A model generated the notes under the pieces. It made no database searches, was not told the DNA's origin, and saw nothing but the letters and a program-made list of their open reading frames with translations. Positions 27,697 to 37,939 of a stretch of 49,649 nucleotides of DNA are shown here, piece by piece. The position numbers and the translations under genes are program-made. This DNA comes from a candidate division Zixibacteria bacterium SM23_73_3 (GTDB lineage Bacteria > Zixibacteria > MSB-5A5 > SM1-73): the NCBI GenBank assembly GCA_001304155.1, contig LJUX01000021.1, forward strand, positions 1 to 49,649, given 5' to 3'. Positions within the stretch are counted from its first letter, which is position 1, and each line of letters opens with the position of its first letter.

Positions 27697-29322
27697 ATGA
27701 AGTTAAAGCTTTCAGGTTTAATCATGCTGGTTTTTCTGTTGAGTTCAGTTTCAGCCTCAGCCGGGCAAATGTTCGGTCCGGAGGTGGAGGCGGATACCAC
27801 CGAGTATTTCACCTTACAGAATTATCTCTTTTCTCCGTTTCCACTGACCGATTATAATTTTCTGGGTGGTGGAGCTAAAGCCAGAGGGATGGGGGGTGCG
27901 TTTTTTGCCGTATCGGATGATCCCACTGCCGCTTCGTGGAATCCTGCCGGACTTGCCCAGTTGGACAAACCACAGATGAGCTTGAGTTTCAGTTCCTGCA
28001 TGTACAGAAGGGAGTTTTCCTCCACCTTGGATTCGCCCGATTGGAACTTAAGCTTCGATGACGAGCTAAAGTCTGATGTCAATGCCATTTCATTTGCGAG
28101 TGTGGCCATCCCGTTTACCATCCAGGACCGGGAACTGGTAGGGGGGGTGCTTTACCAGAGAGTGGCGGATATCTATCAGGAGAACAGGCATGCTATGATA
28201 TTAGACAGTGTGGTCTACGTGGACACCACGGTTAAAAACTATGTGCTTCCTCCGATAGATGAGAAAGTGTCAGGTAAATTAAATGTAGTCAGTATCTCCC
28301 TGGGGGGAAAACTTTTTGAGTCTCTTTCTTTAGGGGCGGGCGTTAACATCTATGCCGGAAAATTTACCAGTGATGTCGATTTCTTTGCCTCCACTGACCC
28401 TACAGGGCTCAATGGAATCAGGTTTCATCCCAACATAGTCAGCGACTATTCTGGATTCAATTTCAACTTCGGCGTTATGTACAAGTTAGATAAACTTCGC
28501 CTGGCAGGTGTGGTGAAAACTCCATTTACTTTAAAAGAGGAAAACGATGTAAAACTATTTGCTGATGTCATCGAATTGGGGATGTTTCTTGGACCCCAGT
28601 CCGTTTTCTTATCACCTTTTTTCAAAACCGACAGAAAGTGGAAGATGCCCACCATGCTCGGGTTCGGCACCTCCTATCAGATAAATTCCCTGACACTTGC
28701 CGCAGACGTGGAATTCAGAAATTACTCTAAGACCGAGGTTACCTATCGGAGAAACATCGCCGACCCTTCAGACCTGGAGGTAACCACAGGCGATTATTTG
28801 ACGGATAAATGGTGGGGAAGTGAGGGGAATACGCCGCCGTTCGTGCCCAGCCTGGAGTGGAGGGATCTGACCCAGTTTCGTATCGGGGGTGAATACAATA
28901 TCAACACCAAATTTGGAAGTATTCCCCTAAGAGTTGGCTACAGAAATGATCCCAAACTTTTCAAAACTCAGCTCAACTCCAGCCTGGTGTATCTTCGAAT
29001 GGATATGTATATCAACCCCCAAACCCTCGATACGCTTTATCAAGCTACTTTTCTGCAATCCGATCGCGGCATTGAGAACGGCTCATGGGTAAATGGCAAT
29101 GTCTTCTCCTTTGGAACCGGGATAGCCTGGAGCCAGATAAAGTTTGATATCACCTATGAATATGCCACATACGATGACGTTAATAAAGAAATCCACACCG
29201 GCTTAATACCTTTTGACCGGGGGAATAAGGTGCTCCGTGATCCATTGGAAATGCATAAGTTTAATAAAAAGGAAAGCGAAAAATACAGCCGCATAATGAT
29301 AAGTTTCACGGGATTCTTCTAA
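27697..29322 (+). CDS. FadL/OmpP1/TodX-like outer membrane beta-barrel
   Basis: Signal peptide; GGGAKARGMGGAFFAVSDDPTAASWNPAGL; amphipathic strands; C-terminal Phe. Confidence 0.8.
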   Translation: MKLKLSGLIMLVFLLSSVSASAGQMFGPEVEADTTEYFTLQNYLFSPFPLTDYNFLGGGAKARGMGGAFFAVSDDPTAASWNPAGLAQLDKPQMSLSFSSCMYRREFSSTLDSPDWNLSFDDELKSDVNAISFASVAIPFTIQDRELVGGVLYQRVADIYQENRHAMILDSVVYVDTTVKNYVLPPIDEKVSGKLNVVSISLGGKLFESLSLGAGVNIYAGKFTSDVDFFASTDPTGLNGIRFHPNIVSDYSGFNFNFGVMYKLDKLRLAGVVKTPFTLKEENDVKLFADVIELGMFLGPQSVFLSPFFKTDRKWKMPTMLGFGTSYQINSLTLAADVEFRNYSKTEVTYRRNIADPSDLEVTTGDYLTDKWWGSEGNTPPFVPSLEWRDLTQFRIGGEYNINTKFGSIPLRVGYRNDPKLFKTQLNSSLVYLRMDMYINPQTLDTLYQATFLQSDRGIENGSWVNGNVFSFGTGIAWSQIKFDITYEYATYDDVNKEIHTGLIPFDRGNKVLRDPLEMHKFNKKESEKYSRIMISFTGFF

Positions 29323-29341
29323 AAAAAGAGTGCAAGTAAAT

Positions 29342-29391
29342 AAAAAGCGAAGCCTGCCCTTAAAAAGAAGGGAAAAGGCTTCGCTTTTTTT
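29342..29391 (+). terminator. intrinsic terminator
   Basis: 14-bp arms aaaaagcgaagcct/aggcttcgcttttt with a nested ccctt/aaggg hairpin; T run. Confidence 0.85.
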
Positions 29392-29772
29392 ATGTGGAAC
29401 AACCATAGAAAAATATTGGCTAAAAAAGCATGGAAGTTGATCGCAGAATTCATATCAAAGGGGAGAGCATCTCTAAGAGACAAGGGATTTGATCCTGTTA
29501 ATGGTGAAAGCAGGAAAATTTTTGAAGATTGAAGTTGTGGGATAAAAATTAAACTTTGCCATCTTTTTTCTCAATTTGATCGAGGAAAAAGAGCTTTGGC
29601 TTAGGTCAGTCCAGAAAAGCAGAATTTTAAAAAATGCTTGCTTTGATGAGATTTTCTCTTAAATTCTTAAACTTAGAGTTATAAAGCTCAAAGAAAGATA
29701 GCGAAAGAGGTGTACTTTTTTGGAGCACTTCTTTTAAACCTGAGTTTGTCGGCTTAAAATAAGGAGATATGT

Positions 29773-30438
29773 ATGAGTCCTCACCGGATTACCAAAAAGG
29801 AGATGAAGCAGGACAAGTTTGTCACCTACTCTCTGAAGGTAAGTGAATGGATACAGAAACACTTAAATGAGGTGCTTATGGGGACGGGAGGTGTGATTCT
29901 GGTTGGGGTAATACTGTTCTTCATTTTCTCCTCCCAGGCTAAAAGGGAGCAAAAGGCAGCTGATCTTCTGGGAAAGGCAAATCTGGAGCTTCAGGGGGGG
30001 AACATTGGAGAAGCGATGGGGAGCCTACAAACGCTGATGAACAAATATGGCAGCACCAAAAGCGCAGGACGAGCATCGTTTCTCTTGGCTTCTGCCCATT
30101 TTTATGCTAAGGATTATGTGCAGGCACAGTCCTTGTTTGAGGAATATCTTGAAAAACACAAAGAGGACATTTTGCTTGCCGCATCAGCTCAGGCGGGAAT
30201 CGCAGAATGTCACATGCAGAGGGAAAACTTTATCCCGGCTGGCGAAAACTTTGTCAAAGCGGCTTCTTTAAGCCCTCAAAGTTTTTTGGCACCTCAATAT
30301 CTTCTCCAGGCAGCTTTGGCTTATCTTAAAGCGGATCAAAAGGAGAAGGCCAGAGAGGTTTTAAAAAGATTGATATCCGAGTATCCTGATTCCCGGGAGG
30401 TCCACCAGGCCAAGCTACAGCTGGCAGAAAACTTTTGA
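29773..30438 (+). CDS. membrane-anchored tetratricopeptide repeat protein (YfgM-like)
   Basis: One N-terminal TM helix followed by TPR-like helical repeats ending LISEYPDS. Confidence 0.85.
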   Translation: MSPHRITKKEMKQDKFVTYSLKVSEWIQKHLNEVLMGTGGVILVGVILFFIFSSQAKREQKAADLLGKANLELQGGNIGEAMGSLQTLMNKYGSTKSAGRASFLLASAHFYAKDYVQAQSLFEEYLEKHKEDILLAASAQAGIAECHMQRENFIPAGENFVKAASLSPQSFLAPQYLLQAALAYLKADQKEKAREVLKRLISEYPDSREVHQAKLQLAENF

Positions 30439-30449
30439 TGTAAATCTGT

Positions 30450-32702
30450 ATGACCGCAAAACAGGAAGTGTCTTCTAAAGTATCCAAGTCGCAAAAGGGT
30501 GGTAACTCTTCTGTACTTTCCATAGCTTTTCTGTGGCACATGCACCAACCATATTACAAGGATGCGAAGACCGGACAATATCAAATGCCCTGGGTGAGGT
30601 TGCACGGACTCAAAGACTACTACGATATGGTGGCGGTGTTAGACCGTTTTCCTCAAATTCGTATGACCTTCAATCTGGTTCCCTCTCTAATTGAACAGAT
30701 CCAGGATTATGCCCAAAACGAAGCCTATGATGAGCATCTCCTTCTCACTGAAAAACCAGCCAAGGATCTGACCGATGCGGAGAGGGAGCAGATACTTTCT
30801 GGCTTCTTCTGCTGTAATTCCCAAACCATGATCTTTCCTCATCCTCGATTCTATCAGCTCTTGGAGAAAAGGGGAGAGGACCCCAAAAATTTAAAATCAA
30901 AAGCCCGTGAATTTGATGTGCAGGATTTCCTGGATCTGCAAGTCTGGTCAAATTTCGTTTGGATAGATCCCATCTTCAAAGAAGACCCTTTTGTCTCTCA
31001 TTTGCTCAAGAAAGGCAGAAATTTCACCGAAGAGGAAAAAAACGAGCTGACCGGGAAGCAAAGAGAGATTCTGGGAAAGATCCTTCCTAAATATAAAGAA
31101 TTGCAAGATGAAGGACAGATCGAGATAGCTTTTTCGCCATATTTTCATCCCATTTTGCCTCTTATCTGTGATACAAACATGGCAAAATTTGCCCTTCCTC
31201 ATATTCAACTGCCTGAAACAAGATTTTCCCACCCGGAAGATGCGGAAGCTCAAATTGATGAAGGAATAAAGCTGTATGAACACGCCTTTGGCAGAAAACC
31301 CAAAGGCATGTGGCCTTCAGAGGGCAGCGTAAGTGAACAAATCATTCCCCTGGTAGCAAAGTTTGGAGTGAAATGGATAGCCACCGATGAGGAGATATTA
31401 TTCCACAGTATTAGGATGAGGAATAGAGGTGAGCCCAGAACCTATTCAAAAGAATCCGCTCTTCTTCTTTACAAACCATATAAGATAGCTGCAGAGAATG
31501 GCGAACTTTTCATAATATTTCGCGATCATACGCTATCCGATCTTATAGGATTCGTTTACTCCAGCTGGGACGCAGAAGAAGCCGCCGAGGATTTTGTTCA
31601 ACGTTTGCACAGAATAAGGAAAGCCATTCCTGAAGGTAATCTGTCTAACAGTGTTGTCCCAATCATACTGGATGGAGAGAATTGCTGGGAATACTACAAA
31701 AACGATGGACACGATTTTCTGTCCGAGCTTTACTCCAGACTATCGAAGGACAAATTGCTTTGCACCACCACCATAAGCGACTTTCTGCAAAAATCGGACG
31801 AACCCCAAAGGCTTGCTCATCTATTTGCCGGATCCTGGATAAACCACAATTTTAGAATATGGATCGGTCATCCAGAGGATAACTTAGCCTGGGACCTTTT
31901 GAAGAAAACCCGGGATGCTTTGGTCGAATTTGAAAGGAGAACAGAGAAAAACTCAAAGACAGAGGAAATCCTTAAAAAAGCCTGGAAGGAAATTTACATA
32001 GCTGAGGGTAGTGATTGGAATTGGTGGTATGGGGATGAACACCAGGGTGCGGGCACAGAGAAGTTTGATAGAATCTTCAGATCACACCTGCTGTACGTTT
32101 ATGAGCTGATCAGTCAAGAGCCTCCGGAGGAGCTTTACCAGCCTATCAAATCCAAATTCGTCTCCACCTATTTTCTACCGCCCACCGGATACCTGAGCCC
32201 GACAATAGATGGGGAGAAGACTCACTTTTATGAATGGCAACAGGCAGGATTTTTTGATCCTTTGAAGGCAGGTGGAACAATGCATCAGGTCTCCTCTTTG
32301 GTCTCGGCCATTTACTTCGGCTCAGATGAGAGTAAAATTTATTTCAGAGTTGATACCACCATTTCAAGGGAAGAATTTGACCGGGAAGGATACGAGTTTG
32401 TTCTGGAGCTTTTGGAACCCTCCAGATACAAAATCTCTATTAAAGAGGGGACAGCCATTTTTCTTAAGCGAACAAAAGAGAAAGAATGGAGAATAATTTC
32501 CTCTGATTTGGAGTTTGCCTTCGTAAAAACATTGGAGTTGGCAATTCCCATGACGCTTTTGGAGTTTGTGAAAAAAAAGGAGATATGGTTTCGAGTGATA
32601 GGGGAGAGGCAGAAAAAAGAGATAGGGAGATGGCCAGGTGTGGATGTGATCAGATTCGACCTGCCCAGCCAAAAGGGAGAACCGATATTTTGGGAAGTTT
32701 AA
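30450..32702 (+). CDS. glycoside hydrolase family 57 (amylopullulanase/alpha-amylase-like)
   Basis: LWHMHQPYY, FHPILPL, GMWPSEG (nucleophile Glu), ILDGENCWE (acid/base Asp), AEGSDWNWW. Confidence 0.93.
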   Translation: MTAKQEVSSKVSKSQKGGNSSVLSIAFLWHMHQPYYKDAKTGQYQMPWVRLHGLKDYYDMVAVLDRFPQIRMTFNLVPSLIEQIQDYAQNEAYDEHLLLTEKPAKDLTDAEREQILSGFFCCNSQTMIFPHPRFYQLLEKRGEDPKNLKSKAREFDVQDFLDLQVWSNFVWIDPIFKEDPFVSHLLKKGRNFTEEEKNELTGKQREILGKILPKYKELQDEGQIEIAFSPYFHPILPLICDTNMAKFALPHIQLPETRFSHPEDAEAQIDEGIKLYEHAFGRKPKGMWPSEGSVSEQIIPLVAKFGVKWIATDEEILFHSIRMRNRGEPRTYSKESALLLYKPYKIAAENGELFIIFRDHTLSDLIGFVYSSWDAEEAAEDFVQRLHRIRKAIPEGNLSNSVVPIILDGENCWEYYKNDGHDFLSELYSRLSKDKLLCTTTISDFLQKSDEPQRLAHLFAGSWINHNFRIWIGHPEDNLAWDLLKKTRDALVEFERRTEKNSKTEEILKKAWKEIYIAEGSDWNWWYGDEHQGAGTEKFDRIFRSHLLYVYELISQEPPEELYQPIKSKFVSTYFLPPTGYLSPTIDGEKTHFYEWQQAGFFDPLKAGGTMHQVSSLVSAIYFGSDESKIYFRVDTTISREEFDREGYEFVLELLEPSRYKISIKEGTAIFLKRTKEKEWRIISSDLEFAFVKTLELAIPMTLLEFVKKKEIWFRVIGERQKKEIGRWPGVDVIRFDLPSQKGEPIFWEV

Positions 32703-32737
32703 ACTCATAAAGAAAAGAAAAAATATTATAAGGAGGG

Positions 32738-33130
32738 GTGATGTCAGAACAGATTTTCGGAACAAATGAGGGTGAAGAAAAAGCCAAAGAGATCGGTCAG
32801 CAAAAGATGGACGAGGAGACGAAAAAGAAGATGATAGAGGAGGGTAAAGCTGCGGCTATGCTGGGTTACGTTCCGTTTATGTGCTTTGTGCCATTGATAA
32901 AGATGAAGGACAATCCGTTTGCCTTCCGACACGGGAAACAGGGGTTGATCCTGTTTTTGATCGAGATTGTAGCGGTGATATTCCTTCTTCCTAAAATAAG
33001 CGATCTGCTCTGGACCGTAGTGTTAGTGCTTTGTTTAGCCTCCGCTGTGGCAGGAATAATCTTTGCACTTCAAGGACAGGACTGGAAGATTCCTTTCATC
33101 GGCGATTTAGCGGACAAGATAAAGATCTGA
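32738..33130 (+). CDS. DUF4870-like small membrane protein
   Basis: AAMLGYVPF, FAFRHGKQGLILF, WKIPFIGDLA. Confidence 0.75.
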   Translation: MMSEQIFGTNEGEEKAKEIGQQKMDEETKKKMIEEGKAAAMLGYVPFMCFVPLIKMKDNPFAFRHGKQGLILFLIEIVAVIFLLPKISDLLWTVVLVLCLASAVAGIIFALQGQDWKIPFIGDLADKIKI

Positions 33131-33162
33131 GACTTGAGTCTTGAGACCGGAGAGTTATGTTA

Positions 33163-33458
33163 CATCGGGATTTTGTCCTAACAGATCTTTAGATAGTCCC
33201 GATGCACAATGATAAGGAACCTGTCTCCAGGTAGGCTGGGCATCCTGCCCAGCGAATTTAAAATAATTAAGTTAGAACCTCTACTCCTAGCGCAACACAA
33301 AATAGATTATTTTTAATGCGGGGCGAGACGCCCCGGCTACCAACTCGTAGGCATCCTCTAAGATGTTTGCCCTGCGAAACTGGTATTTCTGGCATTACTG
33401 GCCTTTGTTTTTGTTTTTTTTCAGACATCCTACAGAGGATGGGGGAGGCTCCGCCTAC
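33163..33458. repeat. cluster of GTAG-headed REP-like palindromes in inverted pairs
   Basis: GTAG-GCTGGGCA-TCC-TGCCCAGC (33231-33253); inverted GTAG-C-CGGGGCG-TCT-CGCCCCG (33340-33319); further GTAG at 33347 and inverted at 33458; catcggga/tcccgatg at 33163-33204. Confidence 0.7.
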
Positions 33459-33577
33459 ACTCCTCCATAAATGGCAGAGGTATTCTTTTTACCATTGGGG
33501 TTATGGTGATTTTGGGAAGTATCTTGTGATGGAGGTGAGGAGAGCTAAATGAAGGAAAGTTGGTTTACAGGTTGATA

Positions 33578-33605
33578 ATGTCCCATAATATATATTATGT
33601 AAACT
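33578..33605 (+). other. chromosomal dif site (XerC/XerD recombination site)
   Basis: ATGTCCCATAA-TATATA-TTATGTAAACT has 11-6-11 architecture. Core and XerD arm match the Bacillus subtilis dif as I recall it. Intergenic, where gene orientation flips. Confidence 0.88.
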
Positions 33606-33653
33606 TGACCATTATAGCTTACCCCATCACTTCAACCCATGCCTCCCCCTTTT

Positions 33654-36094
33654 TCACTTTACTACAAGGTTGATCAGCTTGTTCTGCACGAAAATGCTTT
33701 TTATTAGATTCTTGCCTTCGAGGAATTGCTCAAGGCCAGTTCTTTGGCTTCCATCTCGGACGTGCCAAACGGAAGGCTCATGCTGGCTCTGAGCCTGCCG
33801 TTCACCTGAACCACAAAGGTGATTTCTTCCTCTTGGATGGCATCCTGGTCATAAGAAGGCCACTGGGACTTAAAGACGCTCTTCTTTTGTCCTATAATTG
33901 ACCAGACTTCCTCGGACAGATGCGGCGCAAATGGGCTTAAGATCTGAGCTAATTTCTCCACGCAAAACCCTAAAACCTTCGACTCTTTCGCGTCTAGGTC
34001 GTCCATCACGTTCAGAAGTTCCATCATAGAGGCGATGGCAGTATTGAGTTGCAGCGTGCCAATATCTTCGTCTACTTTCTTTATGGTCTGATTTAGCTTT
34101 CGGTATGCCTTTAAATCAGTTGAACTTAGGTCTTCAGTTTTTATCTTTTTCTTCAAGGTTTGGTTCCCGGCAACCTGGGCAAATTTATATATTCTGTTTA
34201 GAAACCTACTCGCCCCTACTATCCCCTCCTCACTCCATAAAATCTCCCTCTCAGAAGGCGCGGCAAAGTACATGGCTATCCTCGCGGTGTCCGCACCATG
34301 TTTATCGATTATGTCCGCCGGTGAGACCACATTTCCTACAGATTTGGACATAACCTGACCCTCCTTATCCAGCACCATTCCGTGATTGAATAGCTCAGTT
34401 GCAGGCTCATCCACATCCAGCCATCCAATATCATGCAAAAATTTGGTAAAGAATCTGAAATATATTAGATGCCCGCAAGCGTGCTCTATACCACCAATAT
34501 ATTTATCCACCGGCAGCCACTCTTTAGCCTTTGATTCGGAGAATGGCTGGGTGGGATTATGTGCATCAGTGTATCTTAAGAAATACCAGGATGAGCAGAC
34601 GAAAGTGTCCATGGTATCGGGGTCTCTGCTTGCCTTTTTTCCGCATTTAGGACAATTTATATCCATAAACTCCTTTGAATCAGCCAGAGGAGAACGCCCT
34701 TTGGGAGTGAAATCGATTTCTCTCTCCGGTAGCAAAAGTGGCAGATCTGATTCGTTGACCGGCACCATGCCGCAGTTTTCGCAGTGGATCATAGGGATAG
34801 GTGCACCCCAGTATCTCTGGCGGGATATGAGCCAGTCTCTCAGCTTGTAATTGGTTTTCATCCTCCCCAAGCCTTTTTCCACCACATATTGATTCACCTT
34901 GTTTATTCCCTCTGTGGAAAAAAGGCCGTCGAAAATATCGGAGTTACCCATTGTTCCCGGATCAACATAGGCCTCTTCCATATTCTCTGACAATAACTTA
35001 CGATCTGGAGGTTGAATTACCACTTTAAGTGGAATTCCGTATTTCTTACAGAACTCAAAATCCCTCTGATCGTGAGCCGGCACCCCCATGACTATTCCGG
35101 TGCCATAAGTAGCCAGCACGTAGTCTGCCACCCATAGTTGGACCTTTTCTCCGGAAAGAGGATTTACAGCATGTACTCCGGTGAATACACCATCCTTCTC
35201 CCCTACTGCTGTTCGATCGATCTCTGATTTTTTGCTCGCTTTCTTAATGTACCCATCCACTGCATTCTTGTGTTCCGGGTCAATTTTGAGCGTTCTGATC
35301 AATTTGTTTTCCGGGGCGATGGCCATGAAGGTAACACCGTAGATGGTGTCCGGCCTGGTGGTGAAGACGGAGATCTTCTCATCCGTCCCCTCGATGGTGA
35401 AATCTATCTCCACTCCCTGGCTTTTTCCGATCCAGTTTCTCTGCAACGTCTTTAAATTCTCGGGCCAACCCTCCAGCTTATCGAGGCCCTCTAGCAGCCT
35501 CTCGGCATAGTTGGTGATTCGGAAGAACCACTGTGTCAGTTCCTTTTCTTCGACTTTGGATTCGCATTTCCAGCATCTCCCCTGCTCCACCTGCTCATTT
35601 GCCAGGACGGTTTTGCAGTCGGGACACCAGTTCACGAAGGCGGTGTCCTGATAGGCTAAATCATGCTCAAAGAGCTTCAAAAACATCCACTGAGTCCATT
35701 TGTAATAGTCAGGTAAACAGGTGATGACTTCACGGTTCCAATCGTAACTTATCCCACATCTCTTCAAAGTCGCATCCGAGACTTTTATGTTCTCCAGGGT
35801 CCATTCTTTGGGATGAATTTTTCTTTTGATCGCAGCTATCTCCGCCGGCAAACCAAAGGCATCCCAGCCGAATGGGTGCAATACCTGATATCCGTGCATC
35901 ATCTTGTATCTCGCCACTGTATCTCCGATGATGAAGTTACGGAAGTGCCCTATGTGAATGTCGCCGGATGGATAGGCATACATCACCAGTAGATAGTATT
36001 TATTCTGAGGATGATCCGGAGCCTGGTATATCTTACTTTTTTCCCATTTTTTTTGCCACTTGGACTCGATGTCTTTGAATGGGTATGCTTTCAC
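33654..36094 (-). CDS. leuS: leucine--tRNA ligase with a frameshift about 25 codons from the end
   Basis: YPSGDIHIGH, DWLISRQRYWG, GGIEHA, VMSKS. The track ORF stops at 33704, but FLEGKNLIKSIFVQNKLINLVVK continues in another frame to the TGA at 33654-33656. Confidence 0.95.
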
Positions 36095-36171
36095 TTGTTA
36101 CCTCTGCTGAAACTGATTAAAGTTGAAGTCGTCAATTGGCTGAGTTCCGGGCGCAGGTCGCCAAAAGGAAA

Positions 36172-37467
36172 TCAGGGATAAAGCCTGTATATGGTTCGCG
36201 GGAACGGGATGGATTCCCTTATATGAGATAAACCGCAGATCCAAACGACTGTCCTTTCCACTCCCAGACCGAAGCCAGAATGAGGAACCGAGCCATATTT
36301 TCTTAAGTCCAGATACCACCGGTAAGCGTCCTTAGGCAAGTTCTCCTCCTCAATTCTCTTTTTCAAACTTTCATAATCATCGTTTCTCTGCGATCCTCCA
36401 ATGATCTCCCCATAGCCTTCAGGTGCCAGAAGATCTGCACATAAGACCACACCTTCTCTCTCTGGATGTGGTTTCATATAAAACGCTCTGCACACTTTAG
36501 GATAGTCATAAACAAAGACCGGACGCTCAAACATTTTGGTCAGAATGGTCTCATCTGTACCACCAAAATCTGACCCCCACTGAATGTCACTTCCCGCTTT
36601 TTGCAGCTTCTCCACTGCCTCATCGTAGGAGATACGAGGAAAGGGCTTTTGAACCTTTTCCAAAGCGGAGATGTCTCTCTCCAACTCTTTAAGTTCCTTC
36701 TGACATTTTTCCAAAATCCAGTCTACGAAGTATACTACCAGATCCTCCTGCAAATCCATATTCTCTTCGTTGTCGTAAAAAGCTTCTTCTGCCTCCACCA
36801 TCCAGAATTCTGTTAAGTGCCTTCTGGTTTTGGATTTTTCGGCTCTAAAGGTGGGACCAAAACAAAAAACTTTGCCGAATGACGCTATGGCGGCTTCCAA
36901 ATACAACTGCCCGGTCTGAGCCAAATAAGCCGTTCCCTCATTTAAATACTCGGTTTCAAACAGGGTGGTGGTGGTCTCTCCCACCGCACCAGTCAAAATG
37001 GGAGTATCGATCAAAACAAAATTGTTCTTATAAAAGTAGCTCCTTATCGCCCAAATAAGTTCGTCTCTCACCTTTAAAACTGCACGTGGTCGCTTCGATC
37101 TTAAATAGAGATGGCGATGATCGAACAAAAAAGTGGATCCATGAGATTTGGGCGTTATGGGATAATCTTGGGCAATCTGAACTATCTTGACATCAGAAAG
37201 ATTCAACTCATATCCACCTGGTGCTCTCTGATCTTTTCTTACGATCCCAGTCACTTCAAGAGAAGACTCCTGGGTCAGCTGATCATACAGTTCAAACACC
37301 TCATCGGACACCTCCCCCTTGACCATCACTCCCTGGATGATGCCGGTACCGTCACGTATCCAGAGGAACTGGATTTTACCTTTGGAACTTTTGTTTTGAA
37401 GCCAGCCCTTGATGGTTGTCCTCTCCCCTTCTAACTTTACTATGTCCTCAATATAGTGAAAGTCCAT
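36172..37467 (-). CDS. asnS: asparagine--tRNA ligase
   Basis: [68 protein letters not shown]. Confidence 0.95.
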   Translation of the reverse strand: MDFHYIEDIVKLEGERTTIKGWLQNKSSKGKIQFLWIRDGTGIIQGVMVKGEVSDEVFELYDQLTQESSLEVTGIVRKDQRAPGGYELNLSDVKIVQIAQDYPITPKSHGSTFLFDHRHLYLRSKRPRAVLKVRDELIWAIRSYFYKNNFVLIDTPILTGAVGETTTTLFETEYLNEGTAYLAQTGQLYLEAAIASFGKVFCFGPTFRAEKSKTRRHLTEFWMVEAEEAFYDNEENMDLQEDLVVYFVDWILEKCQKELKELERDISALEKVQKPFPRISYDEAVEKLQKAGSDIQWGSDFGGTDETILTKMFERPVFVYDYPKVCRAFYMKPHPEREGVVLCADLLAPEGYGEIIGGSQRNDDYESLKKRIEEENLPKDAYRWYLDLRKYGSVPHSGFGLGVERTVVWICGLSHIRESIPFPRTIYRLYP

Positions 37468-37521
37468 ATTCAGTATGCCGTTTACAGTTAAAATCTACAT
37501 TTTCACTTGAAGCGCTGAACT

Positions 37522-37902
37522 TCAACCCTGCTTTTTTACATAATGTATGGTTACTTTTGGCTCTTTGTGAATCAAAATATTTATCAAAGCGTTTACAATG
37601 CTAATTAAAAGGGCCGCCCAGAATGCTTTCCAGAAACTGGTGATCTCAAAACCTGATACTAATCCAGAGACCGCATATAGCAGAAAAGCATTGATGATTA
37701 GAGTAAAAAGCCCCAGGCTAAAGATGTTTATAGGTAAAGTCAAAAGCAAAAGAAATGGTCTTAAAAAAGCGTTCAGAATACCCAACACCAGTGCGGCTAA
37801 GATCAGAACCTGCAAATTTTCGATATAGATCAAATTAAATATGTTAGCCACTATGAAGATCGAAATCGCAGTGACAAACCATTTTAACAGAAAAGCTTTC
37901 AT
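37522..37902 (-). CDS. 4-TM phage-holin-superfamily membrane protein (YvlD/DUF360-like)
   Basis: ALVLGILNAFLRPFLLLLTLPINIFSLGLFTLIINA, GFEITSFWKAFWAALLISIV. Confidence 0.85.
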   Translation of the reverse strand: MKAFLLKWFVTAISIFIVANIFNLIYIENLQVLILAALVLGILNAFLRPFLLLLTLPINIFSLGLFTLIINAFLLYAVSGLVSGFEITSFWKAFWAALLISIVNALINILIHKEPKVTIHYVKKQG

Positions 37903-37939
37903 CTTATCTTTATCATCCTTCGGTAAATATCTAAGCGAT

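Noticed and set aside
29392-29532. 46-codon ORF (MWNNHRKILAKKAWK...) after the barrel terminator
   Set aside because: No RBS, starts inside the terminator tail, no recognisable motif.
33316-33552. 78-aa ORF beside dif
   Set aside because: It runs through REP palindromes and has no RBS or recognisable motif; likely spurious.
37522-37902. Holin-family gene near dif as a sign of a prophage
   Set aside because: No integrase, endolysin or structural genes. YvlD-like proteins are common chromosomal genes.
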